From positions 44,702,001 through 44,766,000 of the forward strand of contig OZ024742.1 in assembly GCA_964016885.1 (NCBI GenBank): DNA of 64,000 nucleotides. The letters run 5' to 3'. Source of the stretch: Eledone cirrhosa. Its lineage: Eukaryota. A program made the translations under genes and the position numbers. This document shows, piece by piece, positions 9,401 to 27,400 of the stretch. The notes under the pieces are model-generated. The model was not told the origin of the DNA and did not search any database. It was given only the letters and a program-made list of their open reading frames with translations. Within the stretch, counting starts at the first letter, position 1, and each line of letters opens with the position of its first letter.

Positions 9401-12400
9401 TGACGAGATGATGATAGTGATGACAATGATGAGATGATGATAGTGATGACAATGATGAGATGATGATAGTGATGACAATGATGAGATGATGATAGTGATG
9501 TCAATGATGAGATGATGATAGTGATGACAATGATGAGATGATGATAGTGATGACAATGATGAGATAATGATAGTGATGTCAATGATGAGATGATGATAGT
9601 GATGACAATGATGAGATGATGATAGTGATGACAATGATGAGATGATGATAGTGATGTCAATGATGAGATGATGATAGTGATGACAATGATGAGATGATGA
9701 TAGTGATGACAATGATGAGATGATGATAGTGATGTCAATGATGAGATGATGATAGTGATGTCAATGATGAGATGATGATAGTGATGTCAATGATGAGATG
9801 ATGATAGTGATGACAATGATGAGATGATGATAGTGATGACAATGATGAGATGATGATAGTGATGTCAATTATGAGATGATGATAGTGATGACAATGATGA
9901 GATGATGATAGTGATGTCAATGACGAGATGATGATAGTGATGACAATGACGAGATGATGATAGTGATGTCAATGATGAGATGATGATAGTGATGTCAATG
10001 ATGAGATGATGATAGTGATGTCAATGATGAGATGATGATGGTGATGACAATGACGAGATGATGATAGTGATGACAATGATGAGATGATGATAGTGATGAC
10101 AATGATGAGATGATGATAGTGATGTCAATGATGAGATGATGATAGTGATGACAATGATGAGATGATGATAGTGATGACAATGATGAGATGATGATAGTGA
10201 TGTCAATGATGAGATGATGATGGTGATGACAATGACGAGATGATGATAGTGATGACAATGATGAGATGATGATAGTGATGTCAATGGTGAGATGATGATA
10301 GTGATGACAATGATGAGATGATGATAGTGATGTCAATGATGAGATGATGATAGTGATGTCAATGATGAGATGATGATGGTGATGACAATGACGAGATGAT
10401 GATAGTGATGACAATGATGAGATGATGATAGTGATGTCAATGGTGAGATGATGATAGTGATGACAATGATGAGATGATGATAGTGATGACAATGATGAGA
10501 TGATGATAGTGATGACAATGATGAGATGATGATAGTGATGTCAATGATAAGATGATGATAGTGATGACAATGACTAGATGATGATAGTGATGACAATGAT
10601 GAGATGATGATAGTGATGACAATGATGAGATGATGATAGTGATGACAATGATGAGATGATGATAGTGATGACAATGACGAGATGATGATAGAGATGACAA
10701 TGATGAGATGATGATAGTGATGACAATGACAAGATGATGATAGTGATGTCAATGACGAGATGATGATAGTGATGACAATGATGAGATGATGATAGTGATG
10801 TCAATGATGAGATGATGATAGTGATGTCAATGATGAGATGATGATAGTGATGTCAATGATGAGATGATGATAGTGATGTCAATGATGAGATGAATGATAG
10901 TGATGTCAATGATGAGATGATGATAGTGATGTCAATGACGAGAACGATGATAGTGATGTCAATGACGAGATGATGATAGTGATGACAATGATGAGAATGA
11001 TGATAATGATGACAATGATGAGATGATGATAGTGATGACAATGATGAGATGTTGATAGTGATGACAATGATGAGAAGATGATAGTGATGTCAATGACGAT
11101 ATGATGATAGTGATGTCAATGACGAGATGATGATAGTGATGTCAATGATGAGAAGATGATAGTGATGACAATGACGATATGATGATAGTGATGTCAATGA
11201 TGAGATGATGATAGTGATGTCAATGATAAGATGATGATAGTGATGACAATGACGAGATGATGATAGTGATGACAATGATGAGATGATGATAGTGATGACA
11301 ATGACGAGTACGATGATAGTGATGACAATGATGAGATGATGATAGTGATGACAGTGACGAGATGATGATTGTGATGTCAATGATGAGATGATGATAGTGA
11401 TGTCAATGATGAGATGATGATAGTGATGACAATGACGAGATGATGATAGTGATGACAATGATGAGATGATGATAGTGATGTCAATGATGAGATGATGATA
11501 GTGATCTCAATGATGAGATGATGATAGTGATGACAATGATGAGATGATGATAGTGATGTCAATGATGAGATGATGATAGTGATGACAATGATGAGATGAT
11601 GATAGTGATGACAATGATCAGATGATGATAGTGATGTCAATGATGAGATGATGATAGTGATGACAATGATGAAATGATAATGGTGATGACAATGATCAGA
11701 TGATGATAGTGATGTCAATGATGAGATGATGATAGAGATGTCAATGATGAGAAGATGATAGTGATGACAATGATGAAATGATAATGGTGATGACAATGAT
11801 CAGATGATGATAGTGATGTCAATGATGAGATGATGATAGTGATGTCAATGATGAGATGATGATAGTGATGTCAATGATGAGATGATGATAGTGATGACAA
11901 TGATGAGATGATGATAGTGATGACAATGATGAGATGATGATAGTGATGTCAATGATGAGATGATGATAGTGATGACAATGATGAGATGATGATAGTGATG
12001 TCAATGACGAGAACGATGATAGTGATGTCAATGACGAGATGATGATAGTGATGACAATGATCAGATGATGATAGTGATGTCAATGATGACAAGATGATAG
12101 TGATGTCAATGATGAGAATGATGATAGTGATGTCAATGACGAGATGATGATAGTGATGTCAATGACGAGATGATGATAGTGATGAAAATGATGAGATGAT
12201 GATAGTGATGACAATGATCAGATGATGATAGTGATGTCAATGATGAGATGATGATAGTGATGACAATGATGAGATGATGATAGAGTTGACAATGATTAGA
12301 TGATGATAGTGATGTCAATGATGAGATGATGATAGTGATGACAATGATGAGATGATGATAAATGATGACAATGATGAGATGATGATAGTGATGACAATGA

Positions 12401-15400
12401 TGAGATGTTGATAGTGATGACAATGATGAGAAGATGATAGTGATGTCAATGATGAGATGATGATAGTGATGACAATGATGAGATGATGATAGTGATGACA
12501 ATGACAAGAACGATGATAGTGATGTCAATCATGAGAAGATGATAGTGATGACAATGACGATATGATGATAGTGATGTCAATGATGAGATGATGATAGTGA
12601 TGTCAATGATAAGATGATGATAGTGATGACAATGACAAGAACGATGATAGTGATGACAATGATGAGATGATGATAGTGATGACAATGACGAGTACGATGA
12701 TAGTGATGACAATGATGACATGATGATAGTGATGACAGTGACGAGATGATGATTGTGATGTCAATGATGAGATGATGATAGTGATGACAATGATTAGATG
12801 ATGATAGTGATGACAATGATGAGATGATGATAGTGATGTCAATGACGAGATGATAATAGTGATGACAATGATGAGATGATGATGATAGTGATGTCAATGA
12901 TGAGATGATGATAGTGATGTCAATGACGAAATGATGATAGTGATGACAATGATGAGATGATGATAGTGATGTCAATGATGAGATGATGATAGTGATGTCA
13001 ATGACGAGATGATGATAGTGATGACAATGACTAGATGATGATAGTGATGACAATGATGAGATGATGATAGTGATGACAATGATGAGATGATAATAGTGAT
13101 GACAATGATGAGATGATGATAGTGATGACAATGACGAGATTATGTTATTGATGTCAATGACGAGATGATGATGATAGTGATGACAATGATGAGATGATGA
13201 TAGTGATGACAATGATGAGATGATGATGATAGTGATGTCAATGATGAGATGATGATAGTGATGTCAATGACGAAATGATGATAGTGATGACAATGATGAG
13301 ATGATGATAGTGATGTCAATGACGAGATGATGATAGTGATGACAATGATGAGATGATGATAGTGATGTCAATGATGAGATGATGATATTGATGTCAATGA
13401 CGAGATGTTGATAGTGATGACAATGATGAGATGATGATAGTGATGCCAATGATCACATGATGATAGTGATGTCAATGATCAGATGATGATAGTGATGTCA
13501 ATGATGAGATGGTCATAGTGATGACAATGATGAGATGATGATAGTGATGACAATGACGAGATGATGATAGAGATGACAATGATGAGATGATGATAGTGAT
13601 GACAATGACAAGATGATGATAGTGATGTCAATGACGAGATGATGATAGTGATGACAATGATGAGATGATGATAGTGATGTCAATGATGAGATGATGATAG
13701 TGATGTCAATGATGAGATGATGATAGTGATGTCAATGATGAGATGATGATAGTGATGTCAATGATGAGATGAATGATAGTGATGTCAATGATGAGATGAT
13801 GATAGTGATGTCAATGACGAGAACGATGATAGTGATGTCAATGACGAGATGATGATAGTGATGACAATGATGAGAATGATGATAATGATGACAATGATGA
13901 GATGATGATAGTGATGACAATGATGAGATGTTGATAGTGATGACAATGATGAGAAGATGATAGTGATGTCAATGACGATATGATGATAGTGATGTCAATG
14001 ACGAGATGATGATAGTGATGTCAATGATGAGAAGATGATAGTGATGACAATGACGATATGATGATAGTGATGTCAATGATGAGATGATGATAGTGATGTC
14101 AATGATAAGATGATGATAGTGATGACAATGACGAGATGATGATAGTGATGACAATGATGAGATGATGATAGTGATGACAATGACGAGTACGATGATAGTG
14201 ATGACAATGATGAGATGATGATAGTGATGACAGTGACGAGATGATGATTGTGATGTCAATGATGAGATGATGATAGTGATGTCAATGATGAGATGATGAT
14301 AGTGATGACAATGACGAGATGATGATAGTGATGACAATGATGAGATGATGATAGTGATGTCAATGATGAGATGATGATAGTGATCTCAATGATGAGATGA
14401 TGATAGTGATGACAATGATGAGATGATGATAGTGATGTCAATGATGAGATGATGATAGTGATGACAATGATGAGATGATGATAGTGATGACAATGATCAG
14501 ATGATGATAGTGATGTCAATGATGAGATGATGATAGTGATGACAATGATGAAATGATAATGGTGATGACAATGATCAGATGATGATAGTGATGTCAATGA
14601 TGAGATGATCATAGAGATGTCAATGATGAGAAGATGATAGTGATGACAATGATGAAATGATAATGGTGATGACAATGATCAGATGATGATAGTGATGTCA
14701 ATGATGAGATGATGATAGTGATGTCAATGATGAGATGATGATAGTGATGTCAATGATGAGATGATGATAGTGATGACAATGATGAGATGATGATAGTGAT
14801 GACAATGATGAGATGATGATAGTGATGTCAATGATGAGATGATGATAGTGATGACAATGATGAGATGATGATAGTGATGTCAATGACGAGAACGATGATA
14901 GTGATGTCAATGACGAGATGATGATAGTGATGACAATGATCAGATGATGATAGTGATGTCAATGATGACAAGATGATAGTGATGTCAATGATGAGAATGA
15001 TGATAGTGATGTCAATGACGAGATGATGATAGTGATGTCAATGACGAGATGATGATAGTGATGAAAATGATGAGATGATGATAGTGATGACAATGATCAG
15101 ATGATGATAGTGATGTCAATGATGAGATGATGATAGTGATGACAATGATGAGATGATGATAGAGTTGACAATGATTAGATGATGATAGTGATGTCAATGA
15201 TGAGATGATGATAGTGATGACAATGATGAGATGATGATAAATGATGACAATGATGAGATGATGATAGTGATGACAATGATGAGATGTTGATAGTGATGAC
15301 AATGATGAGAAGATGATAGTGATGTCAATGATGAGATGATGATAGTGATGACAATGATGAGATGATGATAGTGATGACAATGACAAGAACGATGATAGTG

Positions 15401-18400
15401 ATGTCAATCATGAGAAGATGATAGTGATGACAATGACGATATGATGATAGTGATGTCAATGATGAGATGATGATAGTGATGTCAATGATAAGATGATGAT
15501 AGTGATGACAATGACAAGAACGATGATAGTGATGACAATGATGAGATGATGATAGTGATGACAATGACGAGTACGATGATAGTGATGACAATGATGACAT
15601 GATGATAGTGATGACAGTGACGAGATGATGATTGTGATGTCAATGATGAGATGATGATAGTGATGTCAATGACGAGATGATGATAGTGATGACAATGACG
15701 AGATGATGATAGTGATGTCAATGATGAGATGATGATAGTGATGTCAATGATGAGATGATGATAGTGATGTCAATGATGAGATGATGATGGTGATGACAAT
15801 GACGAGATGATGATAGTGATGACAATGATGAGATGATGATAGTTATGACAATGATGAGATGATGATAGTGATGTCAATGATGAGATGATGTTAGTGATGA
15901 CAATGATGAGATGATGATAGTGATGACAATGATGAGATGATGATAGTGATGTCAATGATCAGATGATGATAGTGATGTCAATGATGAGATGATGATAGTG
16001 ATGACAATGATGAAATGATAATGGTGATGACAATGATCAGATGATGATAGTGATGTCAATGATGAGATGATGATAGAGATGTCAATGATGAGAAGATGAT
16101 AGTGATGACAATGATGAAATGATAATGGTGATGACAATGATCAGATGATGATAGTGATGTCAATGATGAGATGATGATAGTGATGTCAATGATGAGATGA
16201 TGATAGTGATGTCAATGATGAGATGATGATAGTGATGACAATGATGAGATGATGATAGTGATGACAATGATGAGATGATGATAGTGATGTCAATGATGAG
16301 ATGATGATAGTGATGACAATGATGAGATGATGATAGTGATGTCAATGACGAGAACGATGATAGTGATGTCAATGACGAGATGATGATAGTGATGACAATG
16401 ATCAGATGATGATAGTGATGTCAATGATGACAAGATGATAGTGATGTCAATGATGAGAATGATGATAGTGATGTCAATGACGAGATGATGATAGTGATGT
16501 CAATGACGAGATGATGATAGTGATGAAAATGATGAGATGATGATAGTGATGACAATGATCAGATGATGATAGTGATGTCAATGATGAGATGATGATAGTG
16601 ATGACAATGATGAGATGATGATAGAGTTGACAATGATTAGATGATGATAGTGATGTCAATGATGAGATGATGATAGTGATGACAATGATGAGATGATGAT
16701 AAATGATGACAATGATGAGATGATGATAGTGATGACAATGATGAGATGTTGATAGTGATGACAATGATGAGAAGATGATAGTGATGTCAATGATGAGATG
16801 ATGATAGTGATGACAATGATGAGATGATGATAGTGATGACAATGACAAGAACGATGATAGTGATGTCAATCATGAGAAGATGATAGTGATGACAATGACG
16901 ATATGATGATAGTGATGTCAATGATGAGATGATGATAGTGATGTCAATGATAAGATGATGATAGTGATGACAATGACAAGAACGATGATAGTGATGACAA
17001 TGATGAGATGATGATAGTGATGACAATGACGAGTACGATGATAGTGATGACAATGATGACATGATGATAGTGATGACAGTGACGAGATGATGATTGTGAT
17101 GTCAATGATGAGATGATGATAGTGATGACAATGATTAGATGATGATAGTGATGACAATGACAAGATGATGATAGTGATGACAATGATGAGATGATGATAG
17201 TGATGTCAATGACGAGATGATAATAGTGATGACAATGATGAGATGATGATGATAGTGATGTCAATGATGAGATGATGATAGTGATGTCAATGACGAAATG
17301 ATGATAGTGATGACAATGATGAGATGATGATAGTGATGTCAATGATGAGATGATGATAGTGATGTCAATGACGAGATGATGATAGTGATGACAATGACTA
17401 GATGATGATAGTGATGACAATGATGAGATGATGATAGTGATGACAATGATGAGATGATAATAGTGATGACAATGATGAGATGATGATAGTGATGACAATG
17501 ACGAGATTATGTTATTGATGTCAATGACGAGATGATGATGATAGTGATGACAATGATGAGATGATGATAGTGATGACAATGATGAGATGATGATGATAGT
17601 GATGTCAATGATGAGATGATGATAGTGATGTCAATGACGAAATGATGATAGTGATGACAATGATCAGATGATGATAGTGATGTCAATGACGAGATGATGA
17701 TAGTGATGACAATGATGAGATGATGATTGTGATGTCAATGATGAGATGATGATATTGATGTCAATGACGAGATGTTGATAGTGATGACAATGATGAGATG
17801 ATGATAGTGATGCCAATGATCACATGATGATAGTGATGTCAATGATCAGATGATGATAGTGATGTCAATGATGAGATGGTCATAGTGATGACAATGATGA
17901 GATGATGATAGTGATGACAATGACGAGATGATGATAGAGATGACAATGATGAGATGATGATAGTGATGACAATGACAAGATGATGATAGTGATGTCAATG
18001 ACGAGATGATGATAGTGATGACAATGATGAGATGATGATAGTGATGTCAATGATGAGATGATGATAGTGATGTCAATGATGAGATGATGATAGTGATGTC
18101 AATGATGAGATGATGATAGTGATGTCAATGATGAGATGAATGATAGTGATGTCAATGATGAGATGATGATAGTGATGTCAATGACGAGAACGATGATAGT
18201 GATGTCAATGACGAGATGATGATAGTGATGACAATGATGAGAATGATGATAATGATGACAATGATGAGATGATGATAGTGATGACAATGATGAGATGTTG
18301 ATAGTGATGACAATGATGAGAAGATGATAGTGATGTCAATGACGATATGATGATAGTGATGTCAATGACGAGATGATGATAGTGATGTCAATGATGAGAA

Positions 18401-21400
18401 GATGATAGTGATGACAATGACGATATGATGATAGTGATGTCAATGATGAGATGATGATAGTGATGTCAATGATAAGATGATGATAGTGATGACAATGACG
18501 AGATGATGATAGTGATGACAATGATGAGATGATGATAGTGATGACAATGACGAGTACGATGATAGTGATGACAATGATGAGATGATGATAGTGATGACAG
18601 TGACGAGATGATGATTGTGATGTCAATGATGAGATGATGATAGTGATGTCAATGATGAGATGATGATAGTGATGACAATGACGAGATGATGATAGTGATG
18701 ACAATGATGAGATGATGATAGTGATGTCAATGATGAGATGATGATAGTGATCTCAATGATGAGATGATGATAGTGATGACAATGATGAGATGATGATAGT
18801 GATGTCAATGATGAGATGATGATAGTGATGACAATGATGAGATGATGATAGTGATGACAATGATCAGATGATGATAGTGATGTCAATGATGAGATGATGA
18901 TAGTGATGACAATGATGAAATGATAATGGTGATGACAATGATCAGATGATGATAGTGATGTCAATGATGAGATGATCATAGAGATGTCAATGATGAGAAG
19001 ATGATAGTGATGACAATGATGAAATGATAATGGTGATGACAATGATCAGATGATGATAGTGATGTCAATGATGAGATGATGATAGTGATGTCAATGATGA
19101 GATGATGATAGTGATGTCAATGATGAGATGATGATAGTGATGACAATGATGAGATGATGATAGTGATGACAATGATGAGATGATGATAGTGATGTCAATG
19201 ATGAGATGATGATAGTGATGACAATGATGAGATGATGATAGTGATGTCAATGACGAGAACGATGATAGTGATGTCAATGACGAGATGATGATAGTGATGA
19301 CAATGATCAGATGATGATAGTGATGTCAATGATGACAAGATGATAGTGATGTCAATGATGAGAATGATGATAGTGATGTCAATGACGAGATGATGATAGT
19401 GATGTCAATGACGAGATGATGATAGTGATGAAAATGATGAGATGATGATAGTGATGACAATGATCAGATGATGATAGTGATGTCAATGATGAGATGATGA
19501 TAGTGATGACAATGATGAGATGATGATAGAGTTGACAATGATTAGATGATGATAGTGATGTCAATGATGAGATGATGATAGTGATGACAATGATGAGATG
19601 ATGATAAATGATGACAATGATGAGATGATGATAGTGATGACAATGATGAGATGTTGATAGTGATGACAATGATGAGAAGATGATAGTGATGTCAATGATG
19701 AGATGATGATAGTGATGACAATGATGAGATGATGATAGTGATGACAATGACAAGAACGATGATAGTGATGTCAATCATGAGAAGATGATAGTGATGACAA
19801 TGACGATATGATGATAGTGATGTCAATGATGAGATGATGATAGTGATGTCAATGATAAGATGATGATAGTGATGACAATGACAAGAACGATGATAGTGAT
19901 GACAATGATGAGATGATGATAGTGATGACAATGACGAGTACGATGATAGTGATGACAATGATGACATGATGATAGTGATGACAGTGACGAGATGATGATT
20001 GTGATGTCAATGATGAGATGATGATAGTGATGTCAATGACGAGATGATGATAGTGATGACAATGACGAGATGATGATAGTGATGTCAATGATGAGATGAT
20101 GATAGTGATGTCAATGATGAGATGATGATAGTGATGTCAATGATGAGATGATGATGGTGATGACAATGACGAGATGATGATAGTGATGACAATGATGAGA
20201 TGATGATAGTGATGACAATGATGAGATGATGATAGTGATGTCAATGATGAGATGATGATAGTGATGACAATGATGAGATGATGATAGTGATGACAATGAT
20301 GAGATGATGATAGTGATGTCAATGATGAGATGATGATGGTGATGACAATGACGAGATGATGATAGTGATGACAATGATGAGATGATGATAGTGATGTCAA
20401 TGGTGAGATGATGATAGTGATGACAATGATGAGATGATGATAGTGATGTCAATGATGAGATGATGATAGTGATGTCAATGATGAGATGATGATGGTGATG
20501 ACAATGACGAGATGATGATAGTGATGACAATGATGAGATGATGATAGTGATGTCAATGGTGAGATGATGATAGTGATGACAATGATGAGATGATGATAGT
20601 GATGACAATGATGAGATGATGATAGTGATGACAATGGCGAGATGATGATAGTGATGACAATGATGAGATGATGATAGTGATGTCAATGATAAGATGATGA
20701 TAGTGATGACAATGACTAGATGATGATAGTGTTGACAATGATGAGATGATGATAGTGATGACAATGATGAGATGATGATAGTGATGACAATGATGAGATG
20801 ATGATAGTGATGACAATGATGAGATGATGATATTGATGACAATGGCGAGATGATGATAGTGATGACAATGATGAGATGAGGATAGTGATGTCAATGATGA
20901 GATGATGATAGTGATGACAATGATGAGATGATGATAGTGATGACAATGATGAGATGATGATAGTGATGACAATGATGAGATGATGATAGTGATGACAATG
21001 GCGAGATGATGATAGTGATGACAATGATGAGATGATGATAGTGATGACAATGACTAGATGATGATAGTGATGACAATGATGAGATGATGATAGTGATGTC
21101 AATGGTGAGATGATGATAGTGATGACAATGACGAGATGATGATAGTGATGTCAATGATGAGATGATGATAGTGATGACAATGATGAGATGATGATAGTGA
21201 TGACAATGATGAGATGATGATAGTGATGTCAATGATAAGATGATGATAGTGATGACAATGACTAGATGATGATAGTGATGACAATGATGAGATGATGATA
21301 GTGATGACAATGATGAGATGATGATAGTGATGACAATGATGAGATGATGATAGTGATGACAATGATGAGATGATGATAGTGATGACAATGGCGAGATGAT

Positions 21401-24400
21401 GATAGTGATGACAATGATGAGATGATGATAGTGATGACAATGATGAGATGAGGATAGTGATGTCAATGATGAGATGATGATAGTGATGACAATGATGAGA
21501 TGATGATAGTGATGACAATGATGAGATGATGATAGTGATGACAATGATGAGATGATGATAGTGATGACAATGGCGAGATGATGATAGTGATGACAATGAT
21601 GAGATGATGATAGTGATGACAATGACTAGATGATGATAGTGATGACAATGATGAGATGATGATAGTGATGTCAATGACTAGATGATGATAGTGATGACAA
21701 TGATGAGATGATGATAGTGATGTCAATGATGAGATGATGATAGTGATGACAATGATGAGATGATGATAGTGATGACAATGATCAGATGAAGATAGTGATG
21801 ACAATGACGAGATGATGATAGTGATGACAATGATGAGATGATGATAGTGATTACAATGATGAGATGATGATAGTGATGACAATGACTAGATGATGATAGT
21901 GATGACAATGATCAGATGATGATAGTGATGACAATGACTAGATGATGATAGTGATGACAATGATGAGATGATGATAGTGATGACAATGATGAGATGATGA
22001 TAGTGATGACAATGATTAGATGATGATAGTGATGACAATGACAAGATGATGATAGTGATGACAATGATGAGATGATGATAGTGATGTCAATGACGAGATG
22101 ATAATAGTGATGACAATGATGAGATGATGATGATAGTGATGTCAATGATGAGATGATGATAGTGATGTCAATGACGAAATGATGATAGTGATGACAATGA
22201 TGAGATGATGATAGTGATGTCAATGATGAGATGATGATAGTGATGTCAATGACGAGATGATGATAGTGATGACAATGACTAGATGATGATAGTGATGACA
22301 ATGATGAGATGATGATAGTGATGACAATGATGAGATGATAATAGTGATGACAATGATGAGATGATGATAGTGATGACAATGACGAGATTATGTTATTGAT
22401 GTCAATGACGAGATGATGATGATAGTGATGACAATGATGAGATGATGATAGTGATGACAATGATGAGATGATGATGATAGTGATGTCAATGATGAGATGA
22501 TGATAGTGATGTCAATGACGAAATGATGATAGTGATGACAATGATGAGATGATGATAGTGATGTCAATGACGAGATGATGATAGTGATGACAATGATGAG
22601 ATGATGATAGTGATGTCAATGATGAGATGATGATATTGATGTCAATGACGAGATGTTGATAGTGATGACAATGATGAGATGATGATAGTGATGCCAATGA
22701 TCACATGATGATAGTGATGTCAATGATCAGATGATGATAGTGATGTCAATGATGAGATGGTCATAGTGATGACAATGATGAGATGATGATAGTGATGACA
22801 ATGACGAGATGATGATAGAGATGACAATGATGAGATGATGATAGTGATGACAATGACAAGATGATGATAGTGATGTCAATGACGAGATGATGATAGTGAT
22901 GACAATGATGAGATGATGATAGTGATGTCAATGATGAGATGATGATAGTGATGTCAATGATGAGATGATGATAGTGATGTCAATGATGAGATGATGATAG
23001 TGATGTCAATGATGAGATGAATGATAGTGATGTCAATGATGAGATGATGATAGTGATGTCAATGATGAGAACGATGATAGTGATGTCAATGACGAGATGA
23101 TGATAGTGATGACAATGATGAGAATGATGATAATGATGACAATGATGAGATGATGATAGTGATGACAATGATGAGATGTTGATAGTGATGACAATGATGA
23201 GAAGATGATAGTGATGTCAATGACGATATGATGATAGTGATGTCAATGACGAGATGATGATAGTGATGTCAATGATGAGAAGATGATAGTGATGACAATG
23301 ACGATATGATGATAGTGATGTCAATGATGAGATGATGATAGTGATGTCAATGATAAGATGATGATAGTGATGACAATGACGAGATGATGATAGTGATGAC
23401 AATGATGAGATGATGATAGTGATGACAATGACGAGTACGATGATAGTGATGACAATGATGAGATGATGATAGTGATGACAGTGACGAGATGATGATTGTG
23501 ATGTCAATGATGAGATGATGATAGTGATGTCAATGATGAGATGATGATAGTGATGACAATGACGAGATGATGATAGTGATGACAATGATGAGATGATGAT
23601 AGTGATGTCAATGATGAGATGATGATAGTGATCTCAATGATGAGATGATGATAGTGATGACAATGATGAGATGATGATAGTGATGTCAATGATGAGATGA
23701 TGATAGTGATGACAATGATGAGATGATGATAGTGATGACAATGATCAGATGATGATAGTGATGTCAATGATGAGATGATGATAGTGATGACAATGATGAA
23801 ATGATAATGGTGATGACAATGATCAGATGATGATAGTGATGTCAATGATGAGATGATGATAGAGATGTCAATGATGAGAAGATGATAGTGATGACAATGA
23901 TGAAATGATAATGGTGATGACAATGATCAGATGATGATAGTGATGTCAATGATGAGATGATGATAGTGATGTCAATGATGAGATGATGATAGTGATGTCA
24001 ATGATGAGATGATGATAGTGATGACAATGATGAGATGATGATAGTGATGACAATGATGAGATGATGATAGTGATGTCAATGATGAGATGATGATAGTGAT
24101 GACAATGATGAGATGATGATAGTGATGTCAATGACGAGAACGATGATAGTGATGTCAATGACGAGATGATGATAGTGATGACAATGATCAGATGATGATA
24201 GTGATGTCAATGATGACAAGATGATAGTGATGTCAATGATGAGAATGATGATAGTGATGTCAATGACGAGATGATGATAGTGATGTCAATGACGAGATGA
24301 TGATAGTGATGAAAATGATGAGATGATGATAGTGATGACAATGATCAGATGATGATAGTGATGTCAATGATGAGATGATGATAGTGATGACAATGATGAG

Positions 24401-27400
24401 ATGATGATAGAGTTGACAATGATTAGATGATGATAGTGATGTCAATGATGAGATGATGATAGTGATGACAATGATGAGATGATGATAAATGATGACAATG
24501 ATGAGATGATGATAGTGATGACAATGATGAGATGTTGATAGTGATGACAATGATGAGAAGATGATAGTGATGTCAATGATGAGATGATGATAGTGATGAC
24601 AATGATGAGATGATGATAGTGATGACAATGACAAGAACGATGATAGTGATGTCAATCATGAGAAGATGATAGTGATGACAATGACGATATGATGATAGTG
24701 ATGTCAATGATGAGATGATGATAGTGATGTCAATGATAAGATGATGATAGTGATGACAATGACAAGAACGATGATAGTGATGACAATGATGAGATGATGA
24801 TAGTGATGACAATGACGAGTACGATGATAGTGATGACAATGATGACATGATGATAGTGATGACAGTGACGAGATGATGATTGTGATGTCAATGATGAGAT
24901 GATGATAGTGATGTCAATGATGAGATGATGATAGTGATGACAATGACGAGATGATGATAGTGATGTCAATGATGAGATGATGATAGTGATCTCAATGATG
25001 AGATGATGATAGTGATGACAATGATGAGATGATGATAGTGATGTCAATGATGAGATGATGATAGTGATGACAATGATGAGATGATGATAGTGATGACAAT
25101 GATCAGATGATGATAGTGATGTCAATGATGAGATGATGATAGTGATGACAATGATGAAATGTTAATGGTGATGACAATGATCAGATGATGATAGTGATGT
25201 CAATGATGAGATGATGATAGAGATGTCAATGATGAGAAGATGATAGTGATGACAATGATGAAATGATAATGGTGATGACAATGATCAGATGATGATAGTG
25301 ATGTCAATGATGAGATGATGATAGTGATGTCAATGATGAGATGATGATAGTGATGTCAATGATGAGATGATGATAGTGATGACAATGATGAGATGATGAT
25401 AGTGATGACAATGATGAGATGATGATAGTGATGTCAATGATGAGATGATGATAGTGATGACAATGATGAGATGATGATAGTGATGTCAATGACGAGAACG
25501 ATGATAGTGATGTCAATGACGAGATGATGATAGTGATGACAATGATCAGATGATGATAGTGATGTCAATGATGACAAGATGATAGTGATGTCAATGATGA
25601 GAATGATGATAGTGATGTCAATGACGAGATGATGATAGTGATGTCAATGACGAGATGATGATAGTGATGAAAATGATGAGATGATGATAGTGATGACAAT
25701 GATCAGATGATGATAGTGATGTCAATGATGAGATGATGATAGTGATGACAATGATGAGATGATGATAGAGTTGACAATGATTAGATGATGATAGTGATGT
25801 CAATGATGAGATGATGATAGTGATGACAATGATGAGATGATGATAGTGATGTCAATGATGAGAAGATGATAGTGATGTCAATGATGAGATGATGATAGTG
25901 ATGTCAATGATGAGAAGATGATAGTGATGTCAATGATCAGATGATGATAGTGATGACAATGATGAGATGATGATAGTGATGACAATGATTAGATGATGAT
26001 AGTGATGACAATGATGAGATGATGATAGTCATGTCAATGATGAGAAGATGATAGTGATGTCAATGATGAGATGATGATAGTGATGACAATGATGAGATGA
26101 TGATAGTGATGACAATGATGAGATGATGATAGTGATGACAATGATGAGATGATGATAGTGATGTCAATGATGAGATGATGATAGTGATGTCAATGACGAG
26201 ATGATGATAGTGATGACAATGATCAGATGATGATAGTGATGTCAATGATGAGATGATGATGGTGATGACAATGACGAGATGATGATAGTGATGACAATGA
26301 TGAGATGATGATAGTGATGACAATGATGAGATGATGATAGTGATGTCAATGACGAGATGATGATAGTGATGACAATGACGAGATGATGATAGTGATGACA
26401 ATGATGAGATGATGATAGTGATGACAATGATGAGATGATGATAGTGATGTCAATGGTGAGATGATGATAGTGATGTCAATGATGAGATGATGATAGTGAT
26501 GACAATGACGAGATGATGATAGTGATGTCAATGACGAGATGATGATAGAGACGACAATGATGAGATAATGATAGTGAGGACAATGATGAGATGATGATAG
26601 TGATGTCAATGACGAGATGATGATAGAGACGACAATGATGAGATGATGATAGTGAGGACAATGATGAGATGATGATAGTGATGACAATGATGAGATGATG
26701 ATAGTGATGTCAATGACGAGATGATGATAGTGATGACAATGATGAGATGATGATAGTGATGACAATGACGAGATGATGATAGTGATGACAATGATGAGAT
26801 GATGATAGTGATGACAATGATGAGATGATGATAGTGATGTCAATGACGAGATGATGATGGTGATGACAATGATCAGATGAAGATAGTGATGACAATGACG
26901 AGATGATGATAGTGATGACAATGACGAGATGATGATAGTGATGACACTGATGAGATGATGATAGTGATGTCAATGACGAGATGATGATGGTGATGACAAT
27001 GACGAGATGATGATAGGGATGACAATGATGAGATGATGATAGTGATGTCAATGATGAGATGATGATAGTGATGACAATGATGAGATGATGATAGTGATGA
27101 CAATGATCAGATGAAGATAGTGATGACAATGACGAGATGATGATAGTGATGACAATGATGAGATGATGATAGTGATGACAATGATCAGATGAAGATAGTG
27201 ATGACAATGACGAGATGATGATAGTGATGACAATGATGAGATGATGATAGTGATGACAATGATGAGATGATCATAGTGATGACAATGACGAGATGATGAT
27301 AGTGATTTCAATGACGAGATGATGATAGTGATGTCAATGACGAGATGATGATAGTGATGTCAATGATGAGATGATGATAGTGATGTCAATGATGAGATGA

